From Yuukianura sp. NJ FZ-2021 (lineage: Eukaryota), in contig CM102287.1 of assembly GCA_046563655.1 (NCBI GenBank), positions 1,426,001-1,490,000 on the forward strand: a stretch of 64,000 bases of DNA. Reading direction: 5' to 3'. Positions 62,843 through 64,000 of this stretch are shown here, one piece after another. The notes under the pieces were generated by a model. That model did not search any database and was not told the DNA's origin. It worked only from the letters and a program-made list of their open reading frames with translations. The translations under genes were made by a program, and so were the position numbers. Within the stretch, counting starts at the first letter, position 1, and every line of letters begins with the position of its first letter.

Positions 62843-63185
62843 GCGACCTCAGATTAGGCGAGACTACCCGCTTAATTTAAGCATATTAATAAGCGGAGGA
62901 AAAGAAACTAACAAGGATTCCCTTAGTAACGGCGAGCGAAAAGGGAAAAGCCCAGCGCTGAATCTTACGTCCCACGGGCGTAATGACATGTAGCGTTTGG
63001 GACGAAACATTGCTTGTACTAAATTGATCATCTAAGTCCTTCTTGAACGGGGCCATAGCCCATGGAGGGTGCTAGGCCCGTATGGTGATTATTGTTGTAC
63101 GATGCGTTTCGTCCGTAGAGTCGGGTTGCTTGGGAGTGCAGCCCAAATCAGGTGGTAAACTCCATCTAAGGCTAAATATGACCAC

Positions 63186-63227
<42 letters not shown>

Positions 63228-64000
63228 AACTTTGAAGAGAGAGTTCAATAGTACGTGAAACCTCTCGGGGGTAAGCGGGCAGAACTTGCAAGTATTGGCA
63301 AAAGATTCAGACTTGGGTTTAGTAGTTGAGTGCTTTTGTTAAGTTGTTCATTCGTGAACTGACTGATGTTTGTACTTTAATCTACTAAAAATGTGTCGCA
63401 CTTCTTTTTGTCATTCGGGTTGCATGCAACTGATTTTGGTAGTTTAGGTTTCGAGAGTCTGTGAGTCATTCATTCGTGATTGATTCAAGTCTTGAATTTC
63501 CAACTACTAATGCGGTTGTTAGAAAATGGCGAACAAGCGTTTGACGCGGTCAAGTATTTTTACGAGTCGTGTACGTATTTTATATGGGCGAGCAATCGTA
63601 GTATATTATATGTACTGGTTGTCAGTGAAAGTAATTTTGGCATTGTTCAGTATTGCAATCTAAAGCATGCGTGGTCTGCCTGTCCCGTCTTGAAACACGG
63701 ACCAAGGAGTCTAACATGTATGCGAGTCATTGGGAATTATTAAACCCAAAGGCATAATGAAAGTGAAGATCCAATTTTATGGATATGAGGAGAGATCATG
63801 GCTTTTTCTTGATATTCCGTAAGGTTTATTAAGTAAAGTATGCGCATCTCCAGGATGTTTTAACCTCTGAAGGTAGGGCATACCTAGAGCATACACGTTG
63901 GGACCCGAAAGATGGTGAACTATGCCTGGTCAGAACGAAGTCAGGGGAAACCCTGATGGAGGTTCGTAGCGATTCTGACGTGCAAATCGATCGTCGGAAC
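62843..64000 (+). rRNA. 28S rRNA, unit 4 (5' part, runs off the window)
   Basis: Same 5' 28S sequence as units 1-3. Confidence 0.95.

Overview
Eukaryotic (animal, arthropod-like; a springtail/hexapod is plausible but is only an impression from the 18S and the ~60-bp introns) genomic window in three parts. (1) 1-8926: right end of a Polinton/Maverick-like element whose genes contain spliceosomal introns: a degenerate protein-primed PolB, two small membrane proteins, a 113-bp tandem array and a SET-domain gene, ending in a G-rich terminus ...GCTACT. (2) ~9-23.5 kb: host genes. These are a fascin copy broken by an 8-bp-TSD MITE and truncated, NTAN1, an intron-containing bacterial-type MgtA (P3B) Mg2+-ATPase, and a kynurenine aminotransferase. 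(3) ~23.9 kb to the end: the edge of a tandem 45S rDNA array (three complete units plus one partial, ~9.3 kb period). The most striking observation is that all three complete 28S genes share the same ~155-nt deletion of the universally conserved domain IV core (about helices 67-71, including H69 and the R1/R2/I-PpoI target region). Meanwhile the intergenic spacer is built from subrepeats whose core, GGGAGTAACTA, matches the missing H69 sequence, in two oppositely oriented blocks. Unit 1 also carries an intact Gypsy (Mag-like) LTR retrotransposon in the 28S 3' region. Comparisons with canonical rRNA are from recalled consensus, not from an alignment run here.
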